Both the position numbers and the translations under genes were made by a program. Source: Okamejei kenojei (lineage: Eukaryota). Taken from it: a stretch of DNA of 64,000 nt. The stretch's first letter is position 1. Each line of letters opens with the position of its first letter. Below the pieces are notes generated by a model. That model had not been told where the DNA came from, searched no databases, and saw only the letters and a list, made by a program, of their open reading frames with translations. Shown here one piece after another: positions 1-12,290 of this stretch. Location of the stretch: positions 75,020,001-75,084,000 of the forward strand of contig CM069139.1 of assembly GCA_035221665.1 (NCBI GenBank), given 5' to 3'.

Positions 1-177
1 TTTCTTCCTCTACCAGGCCTCCAGAAGCAGGTCAAAGTCATACATTAACCTGCGGGAGGTATCGCAGCGCTTCAGGCTACCCCCGGGTGAATATGTGATC
101 GTCCCTTCCACGTACGAACCGCACCAGGAGAGCGAGTTTGTCCTCAGGGTCTTCTCGGAGAAACAGAACCTGTCAGA
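1..177 (+). CDS. CAPN3: Calpain-3 coding exon (human exon 13 equivalent, 5'-truncated by window), end of C2-like/CBSW domain
   Basis: Frame starting at base 2 reads [59 protein letters not shown], close to CAPN3 [42 protein letters not shown]...; donor GA|GTGAGT at 178. Confidence 0.95.
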
Positions 178-394
178 GTGAGTGACCTCTCACCAAGCAC
201 GAGCGGGGACTGAGACTGGGAGGGGAGCAGCTGAGGGAATTGCTGGCCAGCCATCCAGACCAGACCGATAAACCCACTGTCTGCTCCGGCCATAATGAGA
301 GTCTGTTTGTTCTCATCAAAAGAAGAGTGTGTTTTCCAAATGCAAATGATATTGCATTTGGAATGCATGACACTCCAAACATATGGCAATGGAC

Positions 395-812
395 ATTGCA
401 GTGACTTGTGGAAGCAGCCCAGAATCTATTTATACCTCACGCTACCTCGGTAAGGCCAGCAGCATAATCAAGGTCGGGTCGCACCCTGACCACTCCCCTC
501 TCCCATTAAGCAAAACCTATAGAAGTGTGAAAATGCACACCACCAGATTCAGGGACAGTTTCTTCTCAGCTGCTATAAGGCAACTGAATCATCCTACCTC
601 AACCAGAAAGCAATGCTGAACTACTATCTACCTCTTTGGTGAGCCTCGGACTATCCTTGATCAGACTTTGCTGGGTTTACTTTGCACTAAACATTATTCC
701 CTTATCATGAATCTATACACTGTGAATGGCTAAATTGTAATCATGTCTTCCTGCGGACTGATTAGCGCACAACAAAAGGTTTGCACTGCACACGTGACAA
801 TAAACTAAACTG
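395..812 (+). mobile_element. Rex1/Babar-type LINE 3' fragment
   Basis: ORF remnant ...SHPDHSPLPLSKTYRSVKMHTTRFRDSFFSAAIRQLN; tail ACAATAAACTAAACT. Confidence 0.7.
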
Positions 813-1292
813 ACACCTCTTGGAAAAACTGAATCACCTGGTTTTGATGCCTTTTCTTCCAATAGAGTCTTGTGCATAGAACTGATTTTAAAATTGCAGC
901 TTCTGGAGATCAGAACTGAAAAACAGTAAATGCTAGACGCACCTAACAGGTCAGATAGCAGCTATGGAGAGAGAAAGTTGAAAGATCACCAACTTGAAAC
1001 GTTAACACTGTTCCTGTTCCTTCACAGATGCTATCTGACCTGCTGAGTATCACCAGCATTTTTAGTGTATAATTTGTATAGTTCATAGTACTGTAACCAC
1101 ACCCAATTCAACTGCATGTTAGTAGGTGTTGCCGCTCTTTCAATGGGCCCACCTCATGTTTACAAACCTGAGAAATCTTTGGGTAGTGAGAGCCTGTCTC
1201 CAGACAAAATAAATACAGTTTAAAACTGGAGGAAATTTGGAAATAATATTTTATTCCCGATAATAAATATATATCTGATCTATTGATTTCAG

Positions 1293-1329
1293 GGAAACTG
1301 AGAACCAGATCATAGCCAACAACCCTAAG
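1293..1329 (+). CDS. CAPN3: Calpain-3 exon 14 equivalent (37 nt)
   Basis: tttcAG|GGAAACT...CCTAAG|GTTAGT; 37 nt, phase 2 to 0 as in human exon 14; encodes (E)ETENQIIANNPK vs human EVENTISVDRPV. Confidence 0.88.
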
Positions 1330-1597
1330 GTTAGTACCATTTTTAATTATATTCATCGTTTTACCTTTGAGTAGCCTTACTATATTATTTGTGAAAGTCT
1401 GTTTCTGATAATCTCAGTGACAGATCCCATTCTGATGTTCACCCCCTTTTTACTTCTGAAGTTATAGCCAACTAATCCTCTAAGGCTTTGCCTGTTCTTT
1501 CCTTTGAGTGGAAATGCCACCAAGCTTCCTCCAAAGTTAAGCTAGTAGAGCTTGCTTGCTTGTTGGGGTAATGCATTCTCCCAGTATGCCTGCATCT

Positions 1598-2245
1598 TAG
1601 AAACATGGAAACATAGAATCATAGAAATTAGGTGCAGGAGTAGGCCATTCGGCCCTTCAAGCCTGCACCGCCATTCAATATGGTCATGGCTGATCATCCA
1701 ACTCAGTATCCTGTACCTGCCTTCTCTCCATACCCCCTGATCCCTTCAGCCACAAGGGCCACATCCAACTCCTTCTTAAATATGGCCAACGAACTGGCCT
1801 CAACTACCTTCTGTGGCAGAGAATTCCACAGATTCACCACTCTCTGTGTGAAAAACGATTTTCTCATCTCGGTCCTAAAATACTTCCCCCTTATCCTTAA
1901 ACTGTGACCCCTTGTCCTGGACTTCCCCAACATCGGGAACAATCTTCCTGCATCTAGCCTGTCCAACCCCATAAGAATTTTGTAAGTCTCTATGAGATCA
2001 CCCCTCAATCTTCTAAATTCCAGCGAGTACAAGCCAAGTCTATCCAGTCTTTCTTCATATGGAAGTCGTGCCATCCCAGGAATCAGTCTGGTGAACCTTC
2101 TCTGTACTCCCTCTATGGCAAGAATGTCTTTCCTCAGATTAGGAGACCAAAACTGTACGCAATACTCCAGGTGTGGCCTCACCAAGACCCTGTACAACTG
2201 CAGTAGAACCTCCCTGCTCTTGTACTCAAATCCTTTTGCTATGAA
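1598..2245 (-). mobile_element. CR1-type LINE, 5'-truncated, young
   Basis: 164-aa ORF2 C-terminus YRVLVRPHLEYCVQFWSP...RTRGHSLRI...FFTQRVVNLWNSLP; (TTCTATGT)-type 3' tail. Confidence 0.92.
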
Positions 2246-2924
2246 TCAAATCCTTTTGCTATGAATCAAATCCTTTTGCACACCCTCTTCATGCTATTTT
2301 TTGCTACAAAGGATTTAGGGGATTAAATTGTCAGGAACTAGGACCTGAACTGATATCCCCCTGTCCGGACTGTGTGGATCATACACGCCATTTGGTTGAG
2401 CAGGCATTTGGGGAGCTGGGTAGTTTGGAATTCTCCAACAATATTAAAAGTGATCTCGGAGCTTGATGTTGATGCTCATTGTCCACAATAGCAAAAGCCC
2501 CATTCCCAGAGCCGACATCTTTTTGATGTATTGATGAGAGTTTGGAGTGTCGTCCAGTTCCCTGCTTTGCTTCCATGAGCTTTAGATTTAACACATACGG
2601 TCAGCAACCATATATATCAGCAACCTGTAAAGTCCAAAGAATCATGATTGTATCCTTCTCAAAAAGTGGACATTTTCCAAGATAGGGGAAATATTTTCCT
2701 CATGTGGATTTTATTATTTTAGCAGGCCAATTGAGCTGGCCATGCAGGAATTGAAGTATGCTTAGTTTTAAATGTTTTCACCCGTGCCTGATTCACACTC
2801 CTCTGTCCACTAACCCAAGACAAAATGTAACCCAAAATACACAAGAAGTATTCAGAATTGATGATATTGCTGAAACTATCTGCCCTGTCCTCTTCCAGTT
2901 ACTTTCCATGTTCTTTCTAACTGG

Positions 2925-3440
2925 AGAAAGGCACAGAATGCTGGAGCAACTCCGCAGGTCAGGCATCGTCTCTGGAGAACGTGGATAGGTGATGTTTCAA
3001 GTAGAGAGACCCTTCTTCAGACTGATTGCATGGAGTATGAGCGGGGCAGGGGTGGAGGGTCAGGAAAGAGAGCTGGAAGAGAGGGAGGGGCAGACAGAAC
3101 ATGGCCGATAATAGGTGAACTCATTCGAGGAGGTTTTCCTTCCTCTGGCTTCACAGTTTGCAACTTTTCTATCCTTGAGCTTCAAAATTCGCAGTTCTTT
3201 ATCCTTTTGTGCTCACACCTGTCTTTTCATCTATGGCCTTTGTCCAACAATCTGCCCATGAAATCCCCCTCGTCTCTGTTCACCTATCAGCAGCCATGCT
3301 CGGTCCTGCCCTTCCTCTTTTGCAGCTTCCTTTTCAGCTCCAGCCCCCTCTGCAATGTCTCAAGAAGAGTCCTGACCTGAAACATCACCTATCCATGTTC
3401 TCTTGAGATGCAGCTGTTACTCCAGAGCTTTGTGTCTTCT
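2925..3440. mobile_element. Penelope-derived element with inverted terminal segments
   Basis: GCTGGAGCAACTC...CCCTTCTTCAGACT followed by an inverted copy ...CTGAAACATCACCTATCC...TTACTCCAG. Confidence 0.65.
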
Positions 3441-3909
3441 TGTCTTCTGTAATTCTTGGTGATTGCATTTCTCTCTAACTGGTCTTTCTTTCCCCTCCGC
3501 CTAACCATCTTCTATTGGCCCAAAAAAAGGTGCGTGAGTTCTGCTGTTGTCTGTGCATGGGGTGTGAAAACACTTGGACAGATCCGGTACTCTGAGGGGA
3601 ATGCTGCGCACCTGAATGGAGAGCATGGAAGATGCAGTGGGAAAGATGCCTTTAACTTGCATGCATCGACCGGGTACATTCAGGTGCAGGATCGTCCTCT
3701 GCAGTGACAAAGCCAGAATGAATGTGCCAATAGCGGTGCAATGTGCCCGGGATTAAGCTCAGCTTGTCAATTCCTTCAGGCAAGGGATTTCCCTTCACAT
3801 CCATGGAAAACTTTATTCTGTCCTGTTATTTATTTAGACTCTTGAACTGTACAGCACAAGCCCATGCAGAACATGATGCCAAGTTAAACTAATGGAGTAA
3901 TCAATTCTT

Positions 3910-4560
3910 AAAGCACAGAAACAGGCCCTTTGTGCCCACCATGATGTCCCAGCTACACCTGCACGCATTTGATCCATATCCCTCTCAACCTTTACTATCC
4001 ATGTACTGTCCAAGTGTATTTTAAATGTTGTTATAGTACCTGCCTCAACTACCTCCTCTGGCAGCTCGTTCCATATACCCACCATCGTCTGGGTGTAAAG
4101 GTTGCCCCTCAGGTTCCTACTAATCTTTCCCCACTCACCTTAAACCTATGTCTTCTGGTTTGTGATTCCCATACTCTGGGATAAATAGGGATTCACCCTA
4201 TTTATTCTCCTCATGACCTTATATACCCTCCATTAGATCATCCCTCATCCTTCATGGAATAATGTCCTAACCTACCCAACATCTCCCTATATAGCTCAGG
4301 ACCTCAAATGCTGGCAACATCCTAGTAAATCTACTCTGCCTGCACATAATCCATATCCCTTCATTCCCTGCATATCCTTGGGCTTATCCAAAAGTTTCTT
4401 AAACACCACTGCTGCATCTGTCTCCATCACCATGTTCTGCGCACCCACCACACGCTATGTAAATAAAAACTTGCCCTGCGCATCTCCTTTAAACTTCGCC
4501 CCTCTTATCTTAAACCTATGCCTCTAGTCTTGGACATTTCGACCCAAGGAGAAAAGGTTA
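3910..4560 (-). mobile_element. CR1-type LINE 3' fragments (two pieces)
   Basis: ORF remnant VGIWNELPEEVVEAGTITTFKIHLD. Confidence 0.75.
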
Positions 4561-7500
4561 TTTTTGTGAACTTAATCACAGCTGGATTTTACTTGAAAAT
4601 AAGGAGGAGACAATCCATAGAGCATATGAAAACACTAGAAAGTTAATGGGGTTGATATTATGTAATAATGCAAAAAGGGAATCAGTGGCCTATTCTGATA
4701 TCTCAATGCATTGAAACATAATGGGCAGTATTTTAAATTGGCTGCTGGTTCATTATCGCCCACCTTAGATTAAAACATAGAGTAGGATTCTGCTCAGCTG
4801 TTGCCCAGTATCTTCTCTGGGTGAGTTATCTCCCAGGCTTACAGCATAGAGAATGCCGAGGCTGCCTGCACTAAACTTCAGACATATTGGAGTTACTCAT
4901 GACTTTCTGCAGTAGTGTGAGATGATGATTAGTTGAGAAATAAAAGTCAGGATAGATGTAAAAGGGTCTGCCTGTTCGCCGTAACCCATTTTGCACTGTC
5001 GTACAAGCTTAAGATCGGTATCACTGTATACAATCAGCGGACTAACCCAAGCTTGTTGGCTTATGCCTGCTTCTTGGATGGATTGTGTGTCTCACAGCCA
5101 ATCTGCATGTTTCGTGTGCATCAATTTTATCCTACATGGTGGTCAAATAAACCAGCCCTGGAACTCGTGGGCTTCAGTCCATCTATGAACCAAGTGGTTG
5201 GAGGGGAGTAAATGGCTTATGTTCCAGCTTTTAAGGTGCCTGGAGACCCACTCTGTTCTGTCAAGGATTGACTGCATCACACATTCTCCAGCTACCTTGT
5301 TTACAGGCCCATCGTTTCTCAGTTCCCAGCTCCTGCAACTCAACCAGAAGCTCCCACCTCTCTTCCTCCCACTGGCATTGATGTTTTTGTTCATCAGCCA
5401 GCAGAGGTCGCTGTCCCCTCTTGGGAGCTGTCTATACCCTCTCCCCATGACACTAAGCTCAGAGAACCCTCTTACGGACAACAGGCAGCCCCGGGTAATG
5501 AAAGGGTGCGGATCCTGGGAACTGTTCGGAAGTCAGAAATGAACAAAAACAGTGTGTGGGAGAGGATCACAGAAACAGATGTGATGGGAGAGTGGGCAGA
5601 TGCTGGAAGACCAGCCACCAGCCGATCTCACTGACAGTACTCTCAGCTCTGCTCAGCTCGATCCAGGTCGATCGTTGTGCGTCGGGAACAAGAGTCAAGG
5701 AATTGCCCCAACCCCACGTGCCTGAAGATGCCTGTAACCTTGCAGCAGCCGGCAAATCCAACCCCAGTCTCCCAAACACTTATTTGTATGTACAGGGTGT
5801 CCATACGTCAGGTGTTCATAATTTGGGGCAGACCTGTGGTCTCCATACTCAGTGAGAAAACCACACTCCTCTTTCAACTCAATCTTACAAAATGCTAAAC
5901 AAAGACTTTCTTCTTCAAATGCCAAGGGCTATCTAAATTGTAAATCCACAAATCTTACTCCAGCACAAGTACGAATTGTGTCCATCCACGCAACAGATAC
6001 AATTTTCCCCTTGTCCTGCCCTAGTGATAGTCCTGTAGTGTCAAATGTGGAACTATTATGCTCCTATGTCTCACGGTGGACTCCTCCATCGCAGAAAGGC
6101 TTATCAGACTTAACAAGGCCTCCAACTGTTCAGAGAACCCGATCCTCAATTTGCGCTCACCCATGCAAGGGTGGGGATTGGGATCCTAGTCTCATTCTTT
6201 TTGCGCTCTCTGATCAAGGACAGTTTAGGTTATTTGTAGCAAGCCTCGGTGTTGACTTGCCCAAATCAGCCGAGGCCAGGACTGGTATCAAATCTGGGAT
6301 CTTTCTGGTCTTTACTGGTATTCAGAACCAGCGAGTCAATTTACCCATGGTGCTGGGCAACTTGAATCCATTTCTCTCACTGAGGTAGCTGGAGGGTGGT
6401 CGAGTTTAATGCCTCTCTTGGACAGCTTTGTTCCTAGTTTCAATTGTTTCACTTAATGTTCCAGTTGATTATTATTGGTCAGGACCACCTGTTATGATAC
6501 AATTGCATACTTTCCTTTCTTGAAGTTTTGTCATATATTGGATTTTACAGATGCTTCCTTGAAGGATCATTTATTATTCTGTACATTTCAATTTGAATTG
6601 TTGCTATGTCCCCTTCATAATATACCACTTTAGTCATAATGTCTTCTTAGTAGTTTTATAAAAACTTGTCCAATAAACCTCTTCCCTCATAATTGCCATT
6701 CATACAAATTCATTGCAGCATTTGTCAGAGTGAAGACAATGTTTGCAATAATAAAAAAACAAAGATAATAGATGATGGAGAAAATCAATTCTAGGCATAT
6801 TTAGAGCACTGTAAGTAAGAAAGGTTCATTCGGAATAAAAGTAGGCAAAGGGATTGAGTTGTGAAGCTGAGTGAAGCCTGGGAAGGAGTTCCGACCGATT
6901 ACCCAAGGAGAGTGGAATAGAGAGAGGGGATAGCAAGAGTTGCCTTTGTGAAGCAGAAGTAGGGTAGGCAGATATCATGTAGGGAGGAGGAATTTGGAAA
7001 TGAAGAGCTGTTTTGAAAGCAAGCCTCATGGATATGTTGAGAATATCTTAGCTGCTGTAAGAACAATGAAGGTGTGGGCCAGGCCAGAAGGTGGTGGGTG
7101 TTACTTGGGAAGGGGAGGCAAGGCAGTTCAGGTTGGGGTTCATCGGGACAGTAAGCTTGTGCGCCTGCGGGTTTGCTCCAAGCTGAAGCAACATTGATGG
7201 GGGACGCTGCCTGGATTGTGGTCTCGGTTTCGCCAACCACAGATCCTCTCAGGTCAGCTGTTCCAGGATTGAGGAGAAACGTTGGGACCAAAGCAGAAGT
7301 GTAGGGGGAATGTTAGCTTACAAATGGAATCTGGATCGCCATATATCTGCAGGTATTGGTGGAGGGATTGGGGTGGGGGGAACTAGTCCGCAAAGATGAG
7401 GTGGGGACCAACGAGACAGATGTCCATGCAGGCAGAGGAAGATCTAATGTAGGAGGTACAGAGGGGTCTTATAGACTTTTATCAGTGCTACAAGAGAGTA

Positions 7501-7711
7501 AATGTCGGTGTACTGTAGAGTAGGAGGTGGCAGAGAGCCTCTACTCACACTAAAGGCTTGCCCATATCCCTACATTATACACACACACTTCCATGGTAGC
7601 CCCTTCTCCTCCCATACGCGGCATCTTTGAATCCACAAAATACTTCCTGATGGTTTTGAGGTTCTCAATCCAAATCAATACCTGCAGAACCTGGGGCTAA
7701 TTCTGTGGACA

Positions 7712-7925
7712 TAGACACAAAATGCTGGAATAACCCACCGGTTCAGGCAACAACTCTGGAGAAAAGGAATAGGTGACGTTTCAGGTCGAGACCCTTCTTC
7801 AGACTGAGACCTTCTTCCATATGGTCCTGAAACGTCACCTATTCCTTTTCTCCAGAAATGCTGCCTGACCCGCTGAGTTACTCCAGCATTTTGTGTCTAA
7901 TCAGCATCTGTAGTTCCTTCCCACG
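7712..7925. mobile_element. Penelope-derived palindromic element
   Basis: TAGACACAAAATGCTGGA...GTTTCAGG (7713-7785) and inverted CCTGAAAC...TCCAGCATTTTGTGTCTA (7826-7899); hammerhead-like core on the minus strand. Confidence 0.75.
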
Positions 7926-8370
7926 TGCGTTATTTTTTTGTCAAGCCCTTTCCACACACAAAAACAACCCTTCCCCAGCCAGTAGATAGTCTGTAACATA
8001 AATAAACAAAGGTACTCGAATTCTATCTCGCTTTCTGCCCCATCTCTGCACTACGCCCCATTCCCTTTGCTGTGATACATGGATCGTTGCTCAGGTGCCA
8101 CTTTTCCCTTCACCAAAGTCGGTTATAGTGGTGAGTATTGGCAGGCGGAATATCTCTTTCATTACCAAGCAATGCCAGGGTCAACAGTGGCGCAGGCTCC
8201 ATGGAAATGTCACCCAGCACAGAGTAATGTGAATGGGTCTGTCTCCTTTGGCTCACTTGGCCATTCCATTGGTGGATCTTGCTTAATTGTACCTTCAAGG
8301 CACCTGTCAAATCCACACCATGACTCCACGTTCATCAGTATCTTCACTAACCACTCCTTCTCTCCTCTAG

Positions 8371-8463
8371 CCAATCATCTTTGTTTCTGATAGAACTAAG
8401 GGCACTGTAGACTCGGAGAAGGAAGAGAGGGAAAAAAGAATGGAAATCAAGAAAAGGATCCAG
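8371..8463 (+). CDS. CAPN3: Calpain-3 IS2 exon (exon 16 equivalent, 93 nt)
   Basis: Pyrimidine tract + ctAG, then PIIFVSDRTKGTVDSEKEEREKRMEIKKRIQ, then CAG|GTTTCT; PIIFVSDR is the CAPN3 IS2 signature; phase 0-0. Confidence 0.88.
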
Positions 8464-8887
8464 GTTTCTTCATGTGCTAGCATGACTTGCTGTTGCATAC
8501 ATTTATTGAAATGCTCCTTTCCACGGATCAGGTGCTGCCACAGCAACTCCAGATGCTTGTGGATGGGAATGGACTAAAGGTTTGACAGGGTTCAGGAGCT
8601 TGACATGACACTCAGCTTAGTATGGTGTTTCCAGATATAGCAGAAGGTAAATTACTGGCAGAGCAGTGGGAATTTCTGGGATGTGGAAGGGAACAAGGGG
8701 TAATGATAAATTTAATTCAGAATCACATTGCCACCAGACGCTTGATCAATGTCATTGTACGCTATGCCCAGCCTTACCGACAAGACCATATCCCCAGACA
8801 GCCTCGCTGGCAATACTAGACACCAGCCAGTCTCACTGACAAGATCAGACACCAGACAGTTTCACTGACAAGACCAGACACTAGGCA

Positions 8888-10095
8888 GACACATGAAACT
8901 GCAGATGTTGGTATCTTGAGCAAAAAATCAAAAGGCTGGTGGAACTCAATAGGTCAGACAGCATCTATGGAGGGAATGAAGAACAATGTTTTGGGTTGGG
9001 GCGCTTCTTCAATGAGGGAGTGAGGAGTGGGGGAGAAAGCTTGATAAGAGCTGGGAATGGGGCAACATGTGGGCAGTGATAGTTGGCAACAGGAGAGGCA
9101 AATTTGATTAGCAGATGGGTGGAGCAAGTGACAAAAGGGTGTCAGATAATGAAAGAAGAGGAATGAATTGTAAAGCTGCAGGGAGGGATATGGTGGGAGG
9201 GGGCAGAGGAAGGAGAGAAAAATGGGCAACGGATAGAAATGAGCATACATTGGAGGGGAAATTACCAGGGTGACTTGGGTGGTATGAGATGATGAGAGAA
9301 ATGTGTGCTCATTGGGGTGGGGCAGGGTCATAGGAACGAGAGAGGTGGGTGTTACAGGCCCCGAGCACGGCTGAACAAAGAAAAAGAGGACTGAGCTTTG
9401 TTGCCTTCCCTCACAGTGGGAAACGTTGATTCTGCTTTGGGGGGATGTTTTTACGTTTGATGTTAAATTCTATAGTGTTGTCTTCATCTTATTTGTGTGC
9501 TGCATTGGAACCCAAATTTCACTGCACCAATTGGTGTATGTGACAATAAGTGTCTGTACTGTACTGTACCTGAAAATGGGGAATTCAATGTTCGTACCAT
9601 TGCAAGCAATCCAAGTGGAATAGAAAAGGTGCACGTGAATCCCTGTCTCGCCAGTGAGGGCTGCTGGATAGAAGTGAGAGAGGAGGTTTAGGGTCAGATG
9701 TTACCTCTCCTGTGGATGCAGGGGAAGATACTTGGGGAGGGGTGGGAAGGGTTAAATCAACCAAAGAGTTGTGAAGGGAATTGGCTCTCAAAAGCAGAAA
9801 GGGTTGGGGATGGCAAAATGTGACTGGTGATGGGATCACGTTGAAGGTGTTGGAAATCTGCGATTTTGATGCTTTGGATGCAGAGGCTGGTGGGGTGAAT
9901 GATAAAGTCCAGGGGGACTCTATCCTTGTTTTGTCTGGGGCATGGGGGAGTGCGAGCAGAACAATGGGACAAAATGGAGCCACTGGTGAGAGAAGCCATG
10001 TTTACTGAAGAAAGAGGACATCTCAGATCACAGATGACACATTTTGGAAGCACATCTGGCAGAGACAGAGACAAGAAATTGAAAGTAAGGAATGG
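8888..10095 (-). mobile_element. Old Penelope-like element fragment
   Basis: Terminal-repeat-like start GAAACTGCAGATG...; 9650-9990 resembles the reverse complement of the 28550-28790 Penelope segment. Confidence 0.55.
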
Positions 10096-10881
10096 CGCCC
10101 AGGTAGTCTCACAAACAGGACCACATAGACAGACTCACTGACAAGACCAGACTTCTGGAGACCTTACTGAAAAGACCAGGTAAGAATCCTCAATAGCATC
10201 ACCAACAAGACTGACTCCCGGACTGTGTCACCAGTGAGATCTGACTCCTGAAACTCGTCCACCGTTGAAACTGAGAACAAGACAATCAGAAGTACAAACT
10301 CAATTACAGGATGGTTTTTAGTGGTGTGCTGACAGACCACCAGGTGATCTGTTGATGGCTTGTTCAGCAAAGGGGATTTGGAACGATTGGCCCATCCTTC
10401 AGCTCTTCATCCTTCAGGGTGTGGACATAAATACAATTGAATAAAACAGGAGATTCAGTCTGTATGAAGCAGTAATAGGAAACATATCAGCGAATCTATG
10501 AAGGGGTTTGCATGTGGTGACGGAGATTTAAGATCTCATAATTTAGGGAAAAGCAAAATCATCGACACAAACGGTAGCCTGAAGCTGATGTACTAAAATG
10601 ACTTTGTTTTGTCAATGGCTAAGTGACAGAATGAAGGGAGTTATAGTTGACTGAGGTGAGGTCATTTGAAATATTAACAGAACCAGCCTTGCACTGTATA
10701 GTGTGCTTCTAACTGCTTGAGGCTTGTGCTACACAGGAACATGCCACACATGACCTTGCTGAGGGTTGGTAATGTGCTGACATTATTGTTGGCTGAGCCC
10801 TTCAGGCCTGTTCATAGGGTCAGGTAAATGCGTGCCCTCTTGCTAAACCCACCTGCTGCTGTCCTCAAGCTTTTTACTTTT

Positions 10882-11557
10882 CAATAGACAATAGGTGCAG
10901 GAGTAGGCCATTCAGCCCTTTGAGCCAGTACCGCCATTTAATGTGATCATGGCTGATCATCCCCAATCAGTACCCCTGTTCCTGCCTTCTCCCCATATCC
11001 CCTGACTCTGCCATTTTCCAGAGCCCTATCTAGCTCTTTCTTGAAAGTATCCAGAGAACCTGCCTCCACCGCCCTCTGAGGCAGAGAATTCCACAGACTC
11101 ACCACTCTCTGTGAGAAAAGGTGTTTCCTTGTCTCCGTTCTAAATGGCTTACTCCTTCTTCTTAAACTGTGGCCCCTGGTTCTGGACTCCCCCAACATCG
11201 GGAAAATGTTTCCTGCCTCTAGTATGTCCAACCTTAACAATCTTATATGTTTCAATAAGATTCCCTCTCATCCTTCTAAACTCCAGAATGTACAAGCCCA
11301 GCCACTTCATTCACTCAGCATATGATAGTCCCGCCATCCCGGGAATTAACCTTGTAAACCTATGCTGCACTCCCTCAATAGCAAGAATGCCCTTCCTCAA
11401 ATTAGGGGACCAACACTGCACACAATACTCCAAGTGTGGTCTCACTAAGGCCCTGTACAACTGCAGAAGGACCTATTTGCTCCTATACTCGACTCCTCTT
11501 GTTATAAAGGCCAACATGCCATTCGCTTTTTTCACTGCCTGCTGTACCTGTATGCTT
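10882..11557 (-). mobile_element. CR1-type LINE, 5'-truncated
   Basis: ORF LEAGNIFPMLGESRTRGHSLR...WNSLPQRAVEAGSLDTFKKELD; (CTATTGT) tail. Confidence 0.9.
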
Positions 11558-11662
11558 TCAGACATTATGTCAAACAGCTTTAGGTGCAAATGTATTTTCT
11601 GAGATACCTAGGGAACCCTCACCAACTGCATAACCTTTGGTTTTATTTCCGCCCATGGTCAG

Positions 11663-11740
11663 CCCTCACCAACAACAGCTGGGGAGGAGAATGAGGAGGA
11701 TCTACATTTCAACCGTATTTTCAAACAGATTGCTGGAGAA
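11663..11740 (+). CDS. CAPN3: Calpain-3 exon 17 equivalent (78 nt)
   Basis: tcAG|CCCTCA...GGAGAA|GTAAGT; PSPTTAGEENEEDLHFNRIFKQIAGE; same length as human exon 17. Confidence 0.92.
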
Positions 11741-11819
11741 GTAAGTATTTCTGTCTGTCAGCGGCATGTTGGAGTGTTTCTGATATTTTACTGGGATATT
11801 TCTATCCTCCCAAGTCAAT

Positions 11820-12290
11820 TGGAGTTTATTGTCATAAGCACAGGTACGGCGAGGTAGAGGTGCAATGAACCTGTTGCTTGCAGCAGCATCATGTGCAGAT
11901 CACGTGCAGGTCAACACACAAAAACATAAAGGATACATATATAACACAACATTTTGCAAGATAGTAAAAGAAAGAAGGTTGTGCAAAACATGTCAAAAAC
12001 AAAAGGAAATTACAATATAATAGTACAAAACACAGCTAGGAAAAAAATAAACAAGTCCATGATAGTGCAAAAGATGGTCCACGATGTTCTGTTGTCAAGG
12101 GAGAATTGGGACTGTGCAGGTTGGTTCGAAAACCTGATAGTTGTAAGAAAGTAGTTGTTCCTGAACCTAGAGGTGTGTGGCTTCAGACTTCTCTATTTCC
12201 TCCCTGATGGCCATGGTGACCGTTTCAGCAAGGGATGGTGGGGACTGTTAATGATAGATACTGCCTTCTTGAGGCAGTGAGGCTCCTGAG
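11820..12290 (-). mobile_element. Rex1/Babar-type LINE 3' fragment
   Basis: HCLKKAVSIINSPHHP...PSGRK remnant; related copies at ~18420-18830, 21815-22220, 32155-32400, 48720-48950 and 50100-50770. Confidence 0.6.

Noticed and set aside
2650-2659. Second U12-like donor GTATCCTTCT
   Set aside because: No upstream exon or matching branch site found
5852-6388. 178-aa ORF, the longest in the track
   Set aside because: GTG start, no recognisable domain or convincing splice context, lies in a CAPN3 intron; likely chance
6719-6810. AG...GTAAGT-bounded lysine-containing segment as exon-15 candidate
   Set aside because: Stop codon in the required phase-0 frame
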